Source: Gemmatimonadales bacterium
GTDB lineage: Bacteria > Gemmatimonadota > Gemmatimonadetes > Gemmatimonadales > GWC2-71-9
DNA length: 34,582 nucleotides
Assembly: GCA_025929805.1 (NCBI GenBank)
Contig: JAICPP010000002.1
Location: 1-34,582 of the forward strand
Direction of reading: 5' to 3'
In this document: positions 9,375 to 16,360 of the stretch, piece by piece
How the letters are laid out: every line of letters begins with the position of its first letter
Numbering within the stretch: position 1 is the first letter of the stretch
Notes under the pieces: generated by a model
What the model was told of the DNA's origin: nothing
Database searches by the model: none
Seen by the model: only the letters and a program-made list of their open reading frames with translations
Made by a program: the position numbers and the translations under genes

Positions 9375-9890
9375 GTGTTCGAGTTCTCCCGTCTTACCGT
9401 CGTGCTGGCGTTGGGAATCGCGATGCTAGGCGCATGCCGCTCAGAAGGGGCGGCATCGGCTGTCTCGAATGCCGCGCCTGCCGAGCTCAGCGCGGCAGAT
9501 CGGGCAGCCATCGAGGCGGCCGACTCGGCGTTCGTTGCGGCGGCCAACGCCGGTGATCTCGACGCGCTGACCAAGGTGTATGCCAGCAACGCGTCGCTTC
9601 TACCGCCCAACCTGCCACCGCAAAAAGGCCTCGGGGCTATCCGCGGGTACTGGGGCGGGTTCCTGAAGGCGTACTCGGTCAAGTTCGAGATCGGCTCGGA
9701 TACGGTCGAGGGACGGGGGGATCTGGCGTATAACGTGGGACACTACCGGTTTACCGCCGTGCCTAAGTCCAGGGATGGCACCGGGGTCGCAGACGAAGGG
9801 AAGTTTGTCGAGATCCTGAAGAAGCAACCGGACGGCAGTTGGAAATATCTGGTTGACATGTACAGCTCCAACCTCGCCCCCCAGAATTGA
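9375..9890 (+). CDS. DUF4440 / SnoaL-like (NTF2 fold) lipoprotein
   Basis: Signal peptide with lipobox LGAC. C-terminal ...GKFVEILKKQPDGSWKYLVDMYSSN is typical of DUF4440. AAGGAGG at 9364-9370 is followed by 4 nt and GTG 9375; the ORF-track ATG is at 9342. Confidence 0.65.
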   Translation: MFEFSRLTVVLALGIAMLGACRSEGAASAVSNAAPAELSAADRAAIEAADSAFVAAANAGDLDALTKVYASNASLLPPNLPPQKGLGAIRGYWGGFLKAYSVKFEIGSDTVEGRGDLAYNVGHYRFTAVPKSRDGTGVADEGKFVEILKKQPDGSWKYLVDMYSSNLAPQN

Positions 9891-9924
9891 TCAAAGGACG
9901 ATTCCCCCGCTGATTCGAGCCGGT

Positions 9925-9930
9925 TATATT
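9925..9930 (+). promoter_or_regulatory. candidate -10 hexamer TATATT for the SRP RNA
   Basis: TATATT ends 6 nt upstream of the first base of the predicted terminal helix (G 9937). The -35 region (TTCCCC, 17-nt spacing) is poor. Confidence 0.35.
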
Positions 9931-9936
9931 TGTTTT

Positions 9937-10033
9937 GCCCCAGGTCCGAAGGGCGCCGGCGCGTGAACCGCGTCAGGACCTCGCCGGTAGCAGCGCTAAG
10001 CGATGTCCGGTGTCGCTTCGGGGTGCCTGGGGC
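9937..10033 (+). ncRNA. ffs: signal recognition particle RNA (small bacterial 4.5S-type)
   Basis: A 97-nt hairpin. Terminal helix is GCCCCAGG / CCUGGGGC, with further helices CCGAAG / CUUCGG and GGCGCCGG / CCGGUGUC. The conserved domain IV symmetric loop is present as GUCAGG...AGCAGC (9972-9994), and ACUUUUCUU follows. The position directly upstream of dnaX-ybaB-recR matches the known ffs/scr synteny in Bacillus and others. Confidence 0.8.
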
Positions 10034-10042
10034 ACTTTTCTT

Positions 10043-11731
10043 ATGACCATCGCTCTCGCCCGCCGCTATCGCCCGAAACGCTTCTCTGATCTCGTGGTTC
10101 AGGATCACGTGGCCGCCGTGCTGCGCGGTGCTGTGTCACGGAGCCGGGTAGGTCACGGCTATCTGCTGACCGGTCCCCGCGGGGTTGGCAAGACCACAGC
10201 AGCCCGCATCCTGGCGATGGCCCTGAATTGCGCTCGCCGTGACCCATCGGGCGAGCCCTGCGGCGAGTGCGAAAACTGCCTCCGGATCTGGAACGGGTCC
10301 GCCAATCTGGATGTCATCGAGATCGATGCTGCCAGCAATCGCGGAGTGGACGACGCCCGGGATCTCCGGGAGCGAGCCATGTACGCCGCCTCGCGCGAAG
10401 GTCATTACAAGGTCTACATCATCGACGAAGCGCACATGCTCACCCGGGAGGCCTGGAATGCGCTTCTGAAGATCCTGGAAGAGCCGCCACCGGGAGTGGT
10501 ATTCGTCTTTGCCACGACCGAGCCTCAGAAGATCGCCACGTCGGCTGCTCCGGTCATGTCCCGGCTGCAGCGCTTCGATTTTCGGCGGATCGGGCCTGGT
10601 GCCATCCGGGATCGCCTGCGGCAGGTGCTGTCCGCGGAGGGCCTCGCGGCCGATGAGGATGCCCTGACGCTGATTGCCCGGCACGCCGATGGTGGCATGC
10701 GTGACGCACTGTCGGTGCTGGATCAGTGCCTGAGCTTCGGTGAGGGGACCGTGACCGCCGAGCTGGTTCGTGAGGTACTGGGTCTGGCTGATGACGAGTT
10801 GTACGACGAATTGCTCCGCCTCGTGGTCGAGCGCCAGCCGGGAGCGGTCTTCAGCCTGGTGGACCGACTCTGTGACGCCGGTGTCGATCTCTCCGAATTC
10901 ATGGCCGGCGCCGCCGAGATGCTGCGAGCGCTGCTCATGCTGCAGCTCGGTGCCGAGCCCGATGGCTTGACCGAGGCCCTTCGCGGTACTCTGGAGTCTT
11001 ACCGTGAGCGGCTCGCCCCCGGAGACGCCCTGCGGATGCTCCGGCTGCTCGCGGAGGACGAGACCAACATCCGCAGAACCGTGAACCCTCGGCTCGCGGT
11101 TGAGACCATGCTGTTGCGCTGGGCCATGCTGGATCGGGTCGTGGATTTGGAACAGGTGCTCGAAGCAGGGAAGCGGGGAAGCCGGCAAGCAGGGAAGCAG
11201 GGTGCTAGTCCCCAGGCTCCAGCAGAAGGGTCGGGAGCCACGTATGCAGAGACAAGCGTGACCCGTTCAAGGCCAAGATCTCCTGAGGCACCTCCCAGCG
11301 TCCCCGCCTCCCCGCCGTCCGCCTCGCCCACGGCCAAGCTGGTTCCATCGATCGAGGCAATCCGGGCCGGCTGGCCGGCCATCGTAGTTGTGGCCCGGGT
11401 GCAGAGCCGCTTTCTTGGCGAACTGCTGGCCGAAGTGGAGCCTGCGGAGCTGGTGTTGCCGTGGCTGAATGTGATGCTGCGTGAGCCCAATCAGCTCTTC
11501 GCCGAGCGGCTCGAGAAGGAGGCTGCCAAGGTCGAAGAGATTCTGAGTCGCAGCTTGGGCCAGCCCGTGCGGCTCCGGCTCGTCTCCGGGTCGCCGTCAG
11601 GGACCCCGGAGCCAAAGCCCCGGCGCATGTCCGACACCAGCATCAAGGCCGACCGGCTGCGGGAGTTCCGGGCCAAGGACCCTGCCCTCGACACCGCCGC
11701 CGATGCGTTAGATTTAGAGATCGTGGATTGA
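10043..11731 (+). CDS. dnaX: DNA polymerase III subunit gamma/tau
   Basis: MTIALARRYRPKRFSDLVVQDHV..., Walker A GPRGVGKTT, zinc module CGECENC, DEAHML. The ORF-track start at 9935 would translate through the SRP RNA, so ATG 10043 is used. Confidence 0.93.
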   Translation: MTIALARRYRPKRFSDLVVQDHVAAVLRGAVSRSRVGHGYLLTGPRGVGKTTAARILAMALNCARRDPSGEPCGECENCLRIWNGSANLDVIEIDAASNRGVDDARDLRERAMYAASREGHYKVYIIDEAHMLTREAWNALLKILEEPPPGVVFVFATTEPQKIATSAAPVMSRLQRFDFRRIGPGAIRDRLRQVLSAEGLAADEDALTLIARHADGGMRDALSVLDQCLSFGEGTVTAELVREVLGLADDELYDELLRLVVERQPGAVFSLVDRLCDAGVDLSEFMAGAAEMLRALLMLQLGAEPDGLTEALRGTLESYRERLAPGDALRMLRLLAEDETNIRRTVNPRLAVETMLLRWAMLDRVVDLEQVLEAGKRGSRQAGKQGASPQAPAEGSGATYAETSVTRSRPRSPEAPPSVPASPPSASPTAKLVPSIEAIRAGWPAIVVVARVQSRFLGELLAEVEPAELVLPWLNVMLREPNQLFAERLEKEAAKVEEILSRSLGQPVRLRLVSGSPSGTPEPKPRRMSDTSIKADRLREFRAKDPALDTAADALDLEIVD

Positions 11732-11742
11732 GGCGATGGCGA

Positions 11743-11829
11743 AAGTCTAGAGTCAAGGGTCTCGGGTCGATACTACAGATGGCTCAAGATCTCTGGACCC
11801 TAGACTTTAGACTCTAGACCCCAGACTTC
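11743..11829. repeat. heptamer-phased inverted repeat element (RRGTCNN x4 / AGACNNN x5)
   Basis: 11743-11770 reads AAGTCTA GAGTCAA GGGTCTC GGGTCGA. 11795-11829 reads GGACCCT AGACTTT AGACTCT AGACCCC AGACTTC. The arms are complementary at about 20/28 Watson-Crick positions, more if G-U pairs are allowed. Confidence 0.75.
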
Positions 11830-11837
11830 TTACGACC

Positions 11838-12167
11838 ATGGCAGGACTACCCGATAGCATGGCAGATCTTCAGCAGCTTTTCCAGCTCGGTCAGCAGGTA
11901 CAGGGCCGGCTCCAGCAGTTGCAAACCGAGTTGGCCAACCGCACCATCGAGACTTCGGCCGGGGGTGGAATGGTCAAGGTCACCGCTGACGGGCGGGGGA
12001 CCGTACGGGCGGTCTGGATCGACCCCGCGGTATTTCAGGGTCATGACGCTGAATTCCTGAGCGATCTCGTGTTGACCGCCGTCGCCGAAGCCCAGCGCCG
12101 CGCGGCGGAGATGCTGCAGACCGAAATGCGCAAGGTGCCGTCACTGCCATTTGCGTCACCCTTCTGA
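11838..12167 (+). CDS. ybaB: YbaB/EbfC family nucleoid-associated protein
   Basis: About 109 aa with a Q-rich N-terminal helix followed by SAGGGMVKVTADGRGTVRAVWIDP. Canonical position between dnaX and recR. Confidence 0.9.
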   Translation: MAGLPDSMADLQQLFQLGQQVQGRLQQLQTELANRTIETSAGGGMVKVTADGRGTVRAVWIDPAVFQGHDAEFLSDLVLTAVAEAQRRAAEMLQTEMRKVPSLPFASPF

Positions 12168-12171
12168 AAAG

Positions 12172-12762
12172 GTGAGCGCAATCGAGGAGCTGATCACCGA
12201 GCTCGCCAGGCTCCCGGGGATCGGCCGAAAGACGGCGCAGCGGCTCACTTTTCATCTGCTACAGCAACCCCCTGAACAGGCCGGGCGGCTCGCCTCCGTT
12301 CTCGCCTCCGTGACCGAGCGGGTGAGGCCGTGCGATCAGTGTGGCAATCTTACGGAAGATCAGCCCTGTGCCATCTGTAGCGACCCTCGGCGCGATCCCG
12401 GCCTGCTGTGCGTGGTGGAGGAGCCCTCGACGGTATCGGTGGTGGAACGGTCTACTGATTTCCGGGGATGCTACCACGTTCTCGGTGGCCATCTTTCGCC
12501 CCTGGATGGAGTCGGGCCGGAGTCGCTGCGGCTCGACGGTCTGGTGCAGCGGGTCCGGCAGGGCGGAATCCGGGAGGTGATCTTGGCGACTAACCCCTCC
12601 ATGGAGGGCGAGGTTACCGCCACCTACATTCAGCAGTTGCTGGCGGGCCTGGGCGTGCGGGTCACTCGCCTGGCACGAGGACTGCCCATGGGAGGAGACC
12701 TCGAGTACATCGATGGAGTCACCTTGGCCCATGCGTTGGTTGCCCGCCAGGACGTCGGCTGA
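12172..12762 (+). CDS. recR: recombination protein RecR
   Basis: LARLPGIGRKTAQRLTFHLL helix-hairpin-helix, CDQCGNLTEDQPCAIC zinc finger and Toprim region. GTG 12172 follows the ybaB stop by 4 nt; the ORF-track TTG at 12151 overlaps ybaB. Confidence 0.92.
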   Translation: MSAIEELITELARLPGIGRKTAQRLTFHLLQQPPEQAGRLASVLASVTERVRPCDQCGNLTEDQPCAICSDPRRDPGLLCVVEEPSTVSVVERSTDFRGCYHVLGGHLSPLDGVGPESLRLDGLVQRVRQGGIREVILATNPSMEGEVTATYIQQLLAGLGVRVTRLARGLPMGGDLEYIDGVTLAHALVARQDVG

Positions 12763-13031
12763 TGCGCTCACGTACTTGGGTCTTCGCCGGCGGGATGATG
12801 TTGGGAATGACGGGCGGCTGGCTGCTGGCGCAGCAGCGACTGACCTATCACCGGCGCGATCTCTTCAGCCCGCGGCCCCTGCGTCGGCTTGCCGCGCTCG
12901 GCTTTCTGGCTGGACAGAACGAGGTCGAGACCGTCCGCCTGCTGCGAGACTACCTAGCCTGGGAGCGACAGCCGATGCTGCGCCGCCGCGCGGAAGCCAT
13001 CGTTCGGCGCATGGAAGCTACTCTCACATGA
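12762..13031 (+). CDS. hypothetical small membrane-anchored protein (one N-terminal TM, HEAT-like C-terminal helices)
   Basis: The ATG overlaps the recR stop (TGATG). The ORF exactly fills the recR-mglB gap. No family recognised. Confidence 0.5.
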   Translation: MRSRTWVFAGGMMLGMTGGWLLAQQRLTYHRRDLFSPRPLRRLAALGFLAGQNEVETVRLLRDYLAWERQPMLRRRAEAIVRRMEATLT

Positions 13032-13038
13032 GACGGGG

Positions 13039-13533
13039 TTGATGAGCGGCGCTTCGAGCTGGTCCTTCCGCGAAGACGATTCCCGGCGAATTCAGTCGAT
13101 CCTCAGTGCTTTCCTCGGCGAGTCCAACGCTCGCACCGCTCTGATCGTCGATCGGACCGGCCAGATGGTTTCGACTGCCGGTGAAACGCCCGCGTTCGAT
13201 GCTACCGCATTCGCCTCGCTCACCGCCGCCGATTTCAGTGCCAACGACCAGCTCGCCCGCATGCTCGGCGAGAACGAGTTCGGTGCCTTGTTCCATCAAG
13301 GCGAGCGGGAGTCGATGTACCTGGCGGATATCGCGCGTCGGGTCATCCTGGTAGTGCTGTTCGACAACCGGACGACCCTGGGGCTGGTCAAGCTCCGGGT
13401 CAAGACGGCGGTGGTTCAACTCAATCAGGTATTCACCGACATGTTCAACCGGGATGGCACCAGTGCGCCTGGCGTGGAATCGGAGTTTCTGGGCGAGGCA
13501 GAAGACGAAATCGACAAACTCTTCGGGTCCTGA
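13039..13533 (+). CDS. mglB: Roadblock/LC7 domain protein, MglB-like GTPase-activating protein
   Basis: About 164 aa, with ALIVDRTGQMVSTAG and the roadblock fold pattern. Lies immediately upstream of an MglA-type GTPase, as in the myxobacterial mglBA operon. Confidence 0.8.
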   Translation: MMSGASSWSFREDDSRRIQSILSAFLGESNARTALIVDRTGQMVSTAGETPAFDATAFASLTAADFSANDQLARMLGENEFGALFHQGERESMYLADIARRVILVVLFDNRTTLGLVKLRVKTAVVQLNQVFTDMFNRDGTSAPGVESEFLGEAEDEIDKLFGS

Positions 13534-13545
13534 GGCAAACACCGC

Positions 13546-14220
13546 ATGTCGATGATCAACTACGCCTCGCGCGAGATCAACTGCAAGCTGGTGTACTATG
13601 GCCCCGGCCTGGGGGGCAAGACCACCAACCTGGAGCACGTGTACAACAAGGTGGCTCCCGCCTCGCGCGGAAAGATGATCTCATTGGCCACCGAGACCGA
13701 GCGAACGCTGTTCTTCGATTTCCTTCCCGTCGATCTGGGCACCATCCGGGGATTCAAGGTCAAGTTCCACCTGTATACCGTACCGGGCCAGGTCTATTAC
13801 AACGCATCACGGAAGCTGATCCTCAAGGGGGTCGACGGCGTGGTGTTTGTGGCGGACAGCCAGATCGAGCGTATGGACGCCAATATCGAGGCCATGCAAA
13901 ATCTCTACGAGAACATGACCCAACATGGCTACGACGTCACCAAGATTCCGTTCGCCATTCAGTACAACAAGCGTGACCTGCCCAATGCCGCACCGATCCC
14001 GGAGCTCCAGACTGCGCTCAACCCGGGCTGGCCGGTAACCGATCCCAGCAAGCAACGGGTCACCCCGGATCCTTACCACGACTCGGAATATCTCGTCCGG
14101 CAGGAAGACGGGCAGTGGGTCGAGCGGGCTCCGTACTTCGAGGCCGTGGCCTTGACCGGCGAAGGTGTGTTCGACACGCTGAAAGCCATCAGCAAGAACG
14201 TGGTCAAGACCTTGGGGTAG
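13546..14220 (+). CDS. mglA: MglA-family Ras-like small GTPase
   Basis: [63 protein letters not shown] and [13 protein letters not shown] are near-identical in pattern to MglA. Carries an extra segment of about 30 aa between NKRD and the G5 region. Confidence 0.9.
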   Translation: MSMINYASREINCKLVYYGPGLGGKTTNLEHVYNKVAPASRGKMISLATETERTLFFDFLPVDLGTIRGFKVKFHLYTVPGQVYYNASRKLILKGVDGVVFVADSQIERMDANIEAMQNLYENMTQHGYDVTKIPFAIQYNKRDLPNAAPIPELQTALNPGWPVTDPSKQRVTPDPYHDSEYLVRQEDGQWVERAPYFEAVALTGEGVFDTLKAISKNVVKTLG

Positions 14221-14235
14221 GAAGGTGGCGGTACT

Positions 14236-14874
14236 ATGTGGACCCTCCCCAACATCATCACGCTGGTCCGGATCTGCTTCACTCCGGTAATCGCGCTGCT
14301 GCCGTTCATCGAAGGCTACTGGCCCAAGCTGATCGCCTTCATCATCTTTGTCGTTGCCGCCGTCAGCGACATCTACGACGGACATTTGGCTCGCAGTCGC
14401 AACGAAGTCACCGATCTCGGCAAGCTGCTCGATCCCATCGCCGATAAGCTCCTGCTCTTCGCAACGCTCATCCCTATCTACTGGATCTCCCGCCAACGGC
14501 ACGACCTGTACGACATACCCATCTGGGGCAGCATTCCGTTGTGGGTATGCCTGCTACTGATCGGCCGGGAGCTGGCCATGACGGGGTTCCGCTGGTGGGC
14601 CAGCCGACGCGGCGTGGTCATCCCCGCAGCCGGGGCTGGCAAGCTGAAGACCACGATTCAGAACATCTTCGTTGGAGCGGTCATTCTCTGGTTTGCCTTC
14701 CGCGACGCGCGCAAGCCTATGGGCTGGGAGGATAACGAGTTCGCCCAGTACTGGAACCAGTTTCATGGTGGCTTCGTGGCCGTGACTCTGGCCTGCGCCG
14801 CCGCGCTGACGGTGTATTCCTTCGTCCTCTACCTCTACCGAAATCGACGTCTCTTCTCTGACCGAGCACAGTAG
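14236..14874 (+). CDS. pgsA: CDP-diacylglycerol--glycerol-3-phosphate 3-phosphatidyltransferase
   Basis: CDP-alcohol phosphatidyltransferase motif DIYDGHLAR...GKLLDPIADKLL and N-terminal NIITLVRI. Confidence 0.8.
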   Translation: MWTLPNIITLVRICFTPVIALLPFIEGYWPKLIAFIIFVVAAVSDIYDGHLARSRNEVTDLGKLLDPIADKLLLFATLIPIYWISRQRHDLYDIPIWGSIPLWVCLLLIGRELAMTGFRWWASRRGVVIPAAGAGKLKTTIQNIFVGAVILWFAFRDARKPMGWEDNEFAQYWNQFHGGFVAVTLACAAALTVYSFVLYLYRNRRLFSDRAQ

Positions 14875-14970
14875 AGCTGGGAGCGTGGAGTGAGGAGCTA
14901 AGAGCTAATGGTCCCGATCTCCAGCGTCCTCCTCAGCTCCCAGTTCCCATCCCCCAGCTCCTAGCTCCTC
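14873..14970. repeat. heptamer-phased inverted repeat element (GGAGCTN x5 / NAGCTCC x5-7)
   Basis: 14873-14907 reads AGAGCTG GGAGCGT GGAGTGA GGAGCTA AGAGCTA. 14934-14968 reads CAGCTCC CAGTTCC CATCCCC CAGCTCC TAGCTCC. It fills the whole pgsA-cinA spacer from stop codon to ATG. Confidence 0.8.
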
Positions 14971-16218
14971 ATGAACATCGAGTTGGTCACCATCGGCACG
15001 GAACTGCTGCTCGGCATGACGCTGGACAGCAATGGTGCGGAGATCGCGCGGGCGCTCGCGGCTCAGGGAGTGCGGGTTACCCGCCGGACGTCGGTGGCCG
15101 ACCGGCCCGACGAAATCCGGGAGGCCGTCTCCGGCGCACTTCACCGTAGCGGCGCCGTTCTCACCACAGGCGGATTGGGGCCTACCAGAGACGATGTGAC
15201 CAAGAAGGTGATTGCTGACCTGTACCAGGTGCCGCTGGAGTTCGATGCAAGCGTGTGGGCCAACCTGGTCGAGCGGTTTGCCCGTCTGGAGCGGAAACCG
15301 CCCGAGAGCAACCGGAGCCAGGCCGAAGTTCCCCGTGGCGGCCTGGTGCTGCGAAACCGCTGGGGCACGGCGCCCGGATTGTGGTTGGAAGGGCAGCTGG
15401 GGCTCACCATCATGCTCCCAGGCGTCCCCGGGGAGATGCGCAAACTGCTGGAGCATGAAGTGGTTCCCCGGCTGAGGGCAAGAGCATCGGGCGCCGTGAT
15501 ACGATCGCTGCTGGTCAGGACCAGTGGCATTGCCGAGTCGGCGCTGGCCGAGCGGCTCGGCAATATCGAGCAAGAGGTGGATCCCCTCACCGTCGCCTAC
15601 CTGCCGAGTGTGGCGGGGGTCGACCTTCGGCTGAGTGCCTGGGAGCTTGCTCCGGACGAGGCCGATCGTCGGCTCCGGTCGGCGGCCAACCTCGTCCGGA
15701 GCCGGGCGGGCGAGAGTGTGTATGGAGAGGGCGATATCGACCTGGCGTCCCTGGTCTTGGAGGAGGCCCGCTCCCTCGGACTGCGGCTCGCCGTGGCCGA
15801 GTCATGCACCGGTGGGTTGGTCGGTGCACGATTAACCGAGATCCCGGGGAGCTCCGACGTTTTCTTGGGCGGAGTGATTGGCTATGACGATGGAGTCAAG
15901 CGGGAGCTTCTGAATGTGCCGGAACCACTGTTACAGGAGCACGGCGCGGTGAGTGAGGCAGTGGCCCGAGTAATGGCCGAGGGAGTCGCCCGGAGGCTGC
16001 ACGCGGATGTCGCTGTGTCAGTGACCGGCATTGCCGGTCCCGGTGGCGGGAGTGATGCCAAACCCGTGGGAACCATCTGGATCGCCTGCACCCTCCGCAA
16101 TGTCACTGAAGCTCGGCGACTGCGCTTGGCCGGAAACCGCCACGAGATCCGCGCCCGCGCTGCGCAAGCCGCTCTCCACCTCCTGTACCGGCAGCTGCAT
16201 GGCCTGGCTAACAGGTAA
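14971..16218 (+). CDS. cinA: CinA family protein (MoCF-type domain + nicotinamide-nucleotide amidohydrolase PncC domain)
   Basis: MNIELVTIGTELLLG..., TTGGLGPTRDD, and C-terminal AVAESCTGGLVGARLT. Confidence 0.9.
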   Translation: MNIELVTIGTELLLGMTLDSNGAEIARALAAQGVRVTRRTSVADRPDEIREAVSGALHRSGAVLTTGGLGPTRDDVTKKVIADLYQVPLEFDASVWANLVERFARLERKPPESNRSQAEVPRGGLVLRNRWGTAPGLWLEGQLGLTIMLPGVPGEMRKLLEHEVVPRLRARASGAVIRSLLVRTSGIAESALAERLGNIEQEVDPLTVAYLPSVAGVDLRLSAWELAPDEADRRLRSAANLVRSRAGESVYGEGDIDLASLVLEEARSLGLRLAVAESCTGGLVGARLTEIPGSSDVFLGGVIGYDDGVKRELLNVPEPLLQEHGAVSEAVARVMAEGVARRLHADVAVSVTGIAGPGGGSDAKPVGTIWIACTLRNVTEARRLRLAGNRHEIRARAAQAALHLLYRQLHGLANR

Positions 16219-16310
16219 GGCCAGGATATGGAATGTCTTAGCGTTTACTCCCATCTTTTCTCAAATGTACGGCATCAGATGATCGTCGGCGCGGCCGTGA
16301 TGGGGCTCAA

Positions 16311-16355
16311 GTCGAGGCCTTAAATCGTGCTATTATCTTAGGGGAGGCCCTCGAC
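16311..16355 (+). promoter_or_regulatory. inverted repeat GTCGAGGCC / GGCC(C)TCGAC flanking an AT-rich TATTAT box and overlapping the grpE SD
   Basis: A 9-bp stem with one bulge. The 26-nt loop is TTAAATCGTGCTATTATCTTAGGGGA. The 3' arm overlaps GGAGG at 16343-16347, 13 nt before GTG 16361. Confidence 0.3.
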
Positions 16356-16360
16356 AGTGA

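Noticed and set aside
9935-10042. ORF-track N-terminal extension of dnaX (start at TTG 9935).
   Set aside because: The extension is not conserved and is basic junk peptide. It coincides exactly with the SRP RNA hairpin. The conserved DnaX N-terminus begins at ATG 10043.
11150-11215. Possible programmed frameshift or slippage site in dnaX giving a short gamma subunit. The repetitive GGGAAGC(A/G)G stretch lies at the domain III/IV boundary.
   Set aside because: I saw no A-rich slippery heptamer (A AAA AAG type) or long A run anywhere in dnaX (10043-11731). The repeat only encodes a K/G/Q-rich linker. No support for frameshifting from sequence alone.
16202-16225. Weak stem CCTGGC/GCCAGG spanning the cinA stop as an intrinsic terminator.
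   Set aside because: Only 6 bp, with a 12-nt loop and no downstream U tract. Not distinguishable from chance.
16219-16360. CIRCE (TTAGCACTC-N9-GAGTGCTAA) or full HAIR (CTTGAGT-N7-ACTCAAG) heat-shock operator upstream of grpE.
   Set aside because: Only loose fragments are present (CTTAGCG at about 16238, a single CTCAAGT half-site at 16306). No inverted partner lies at the required spacing.
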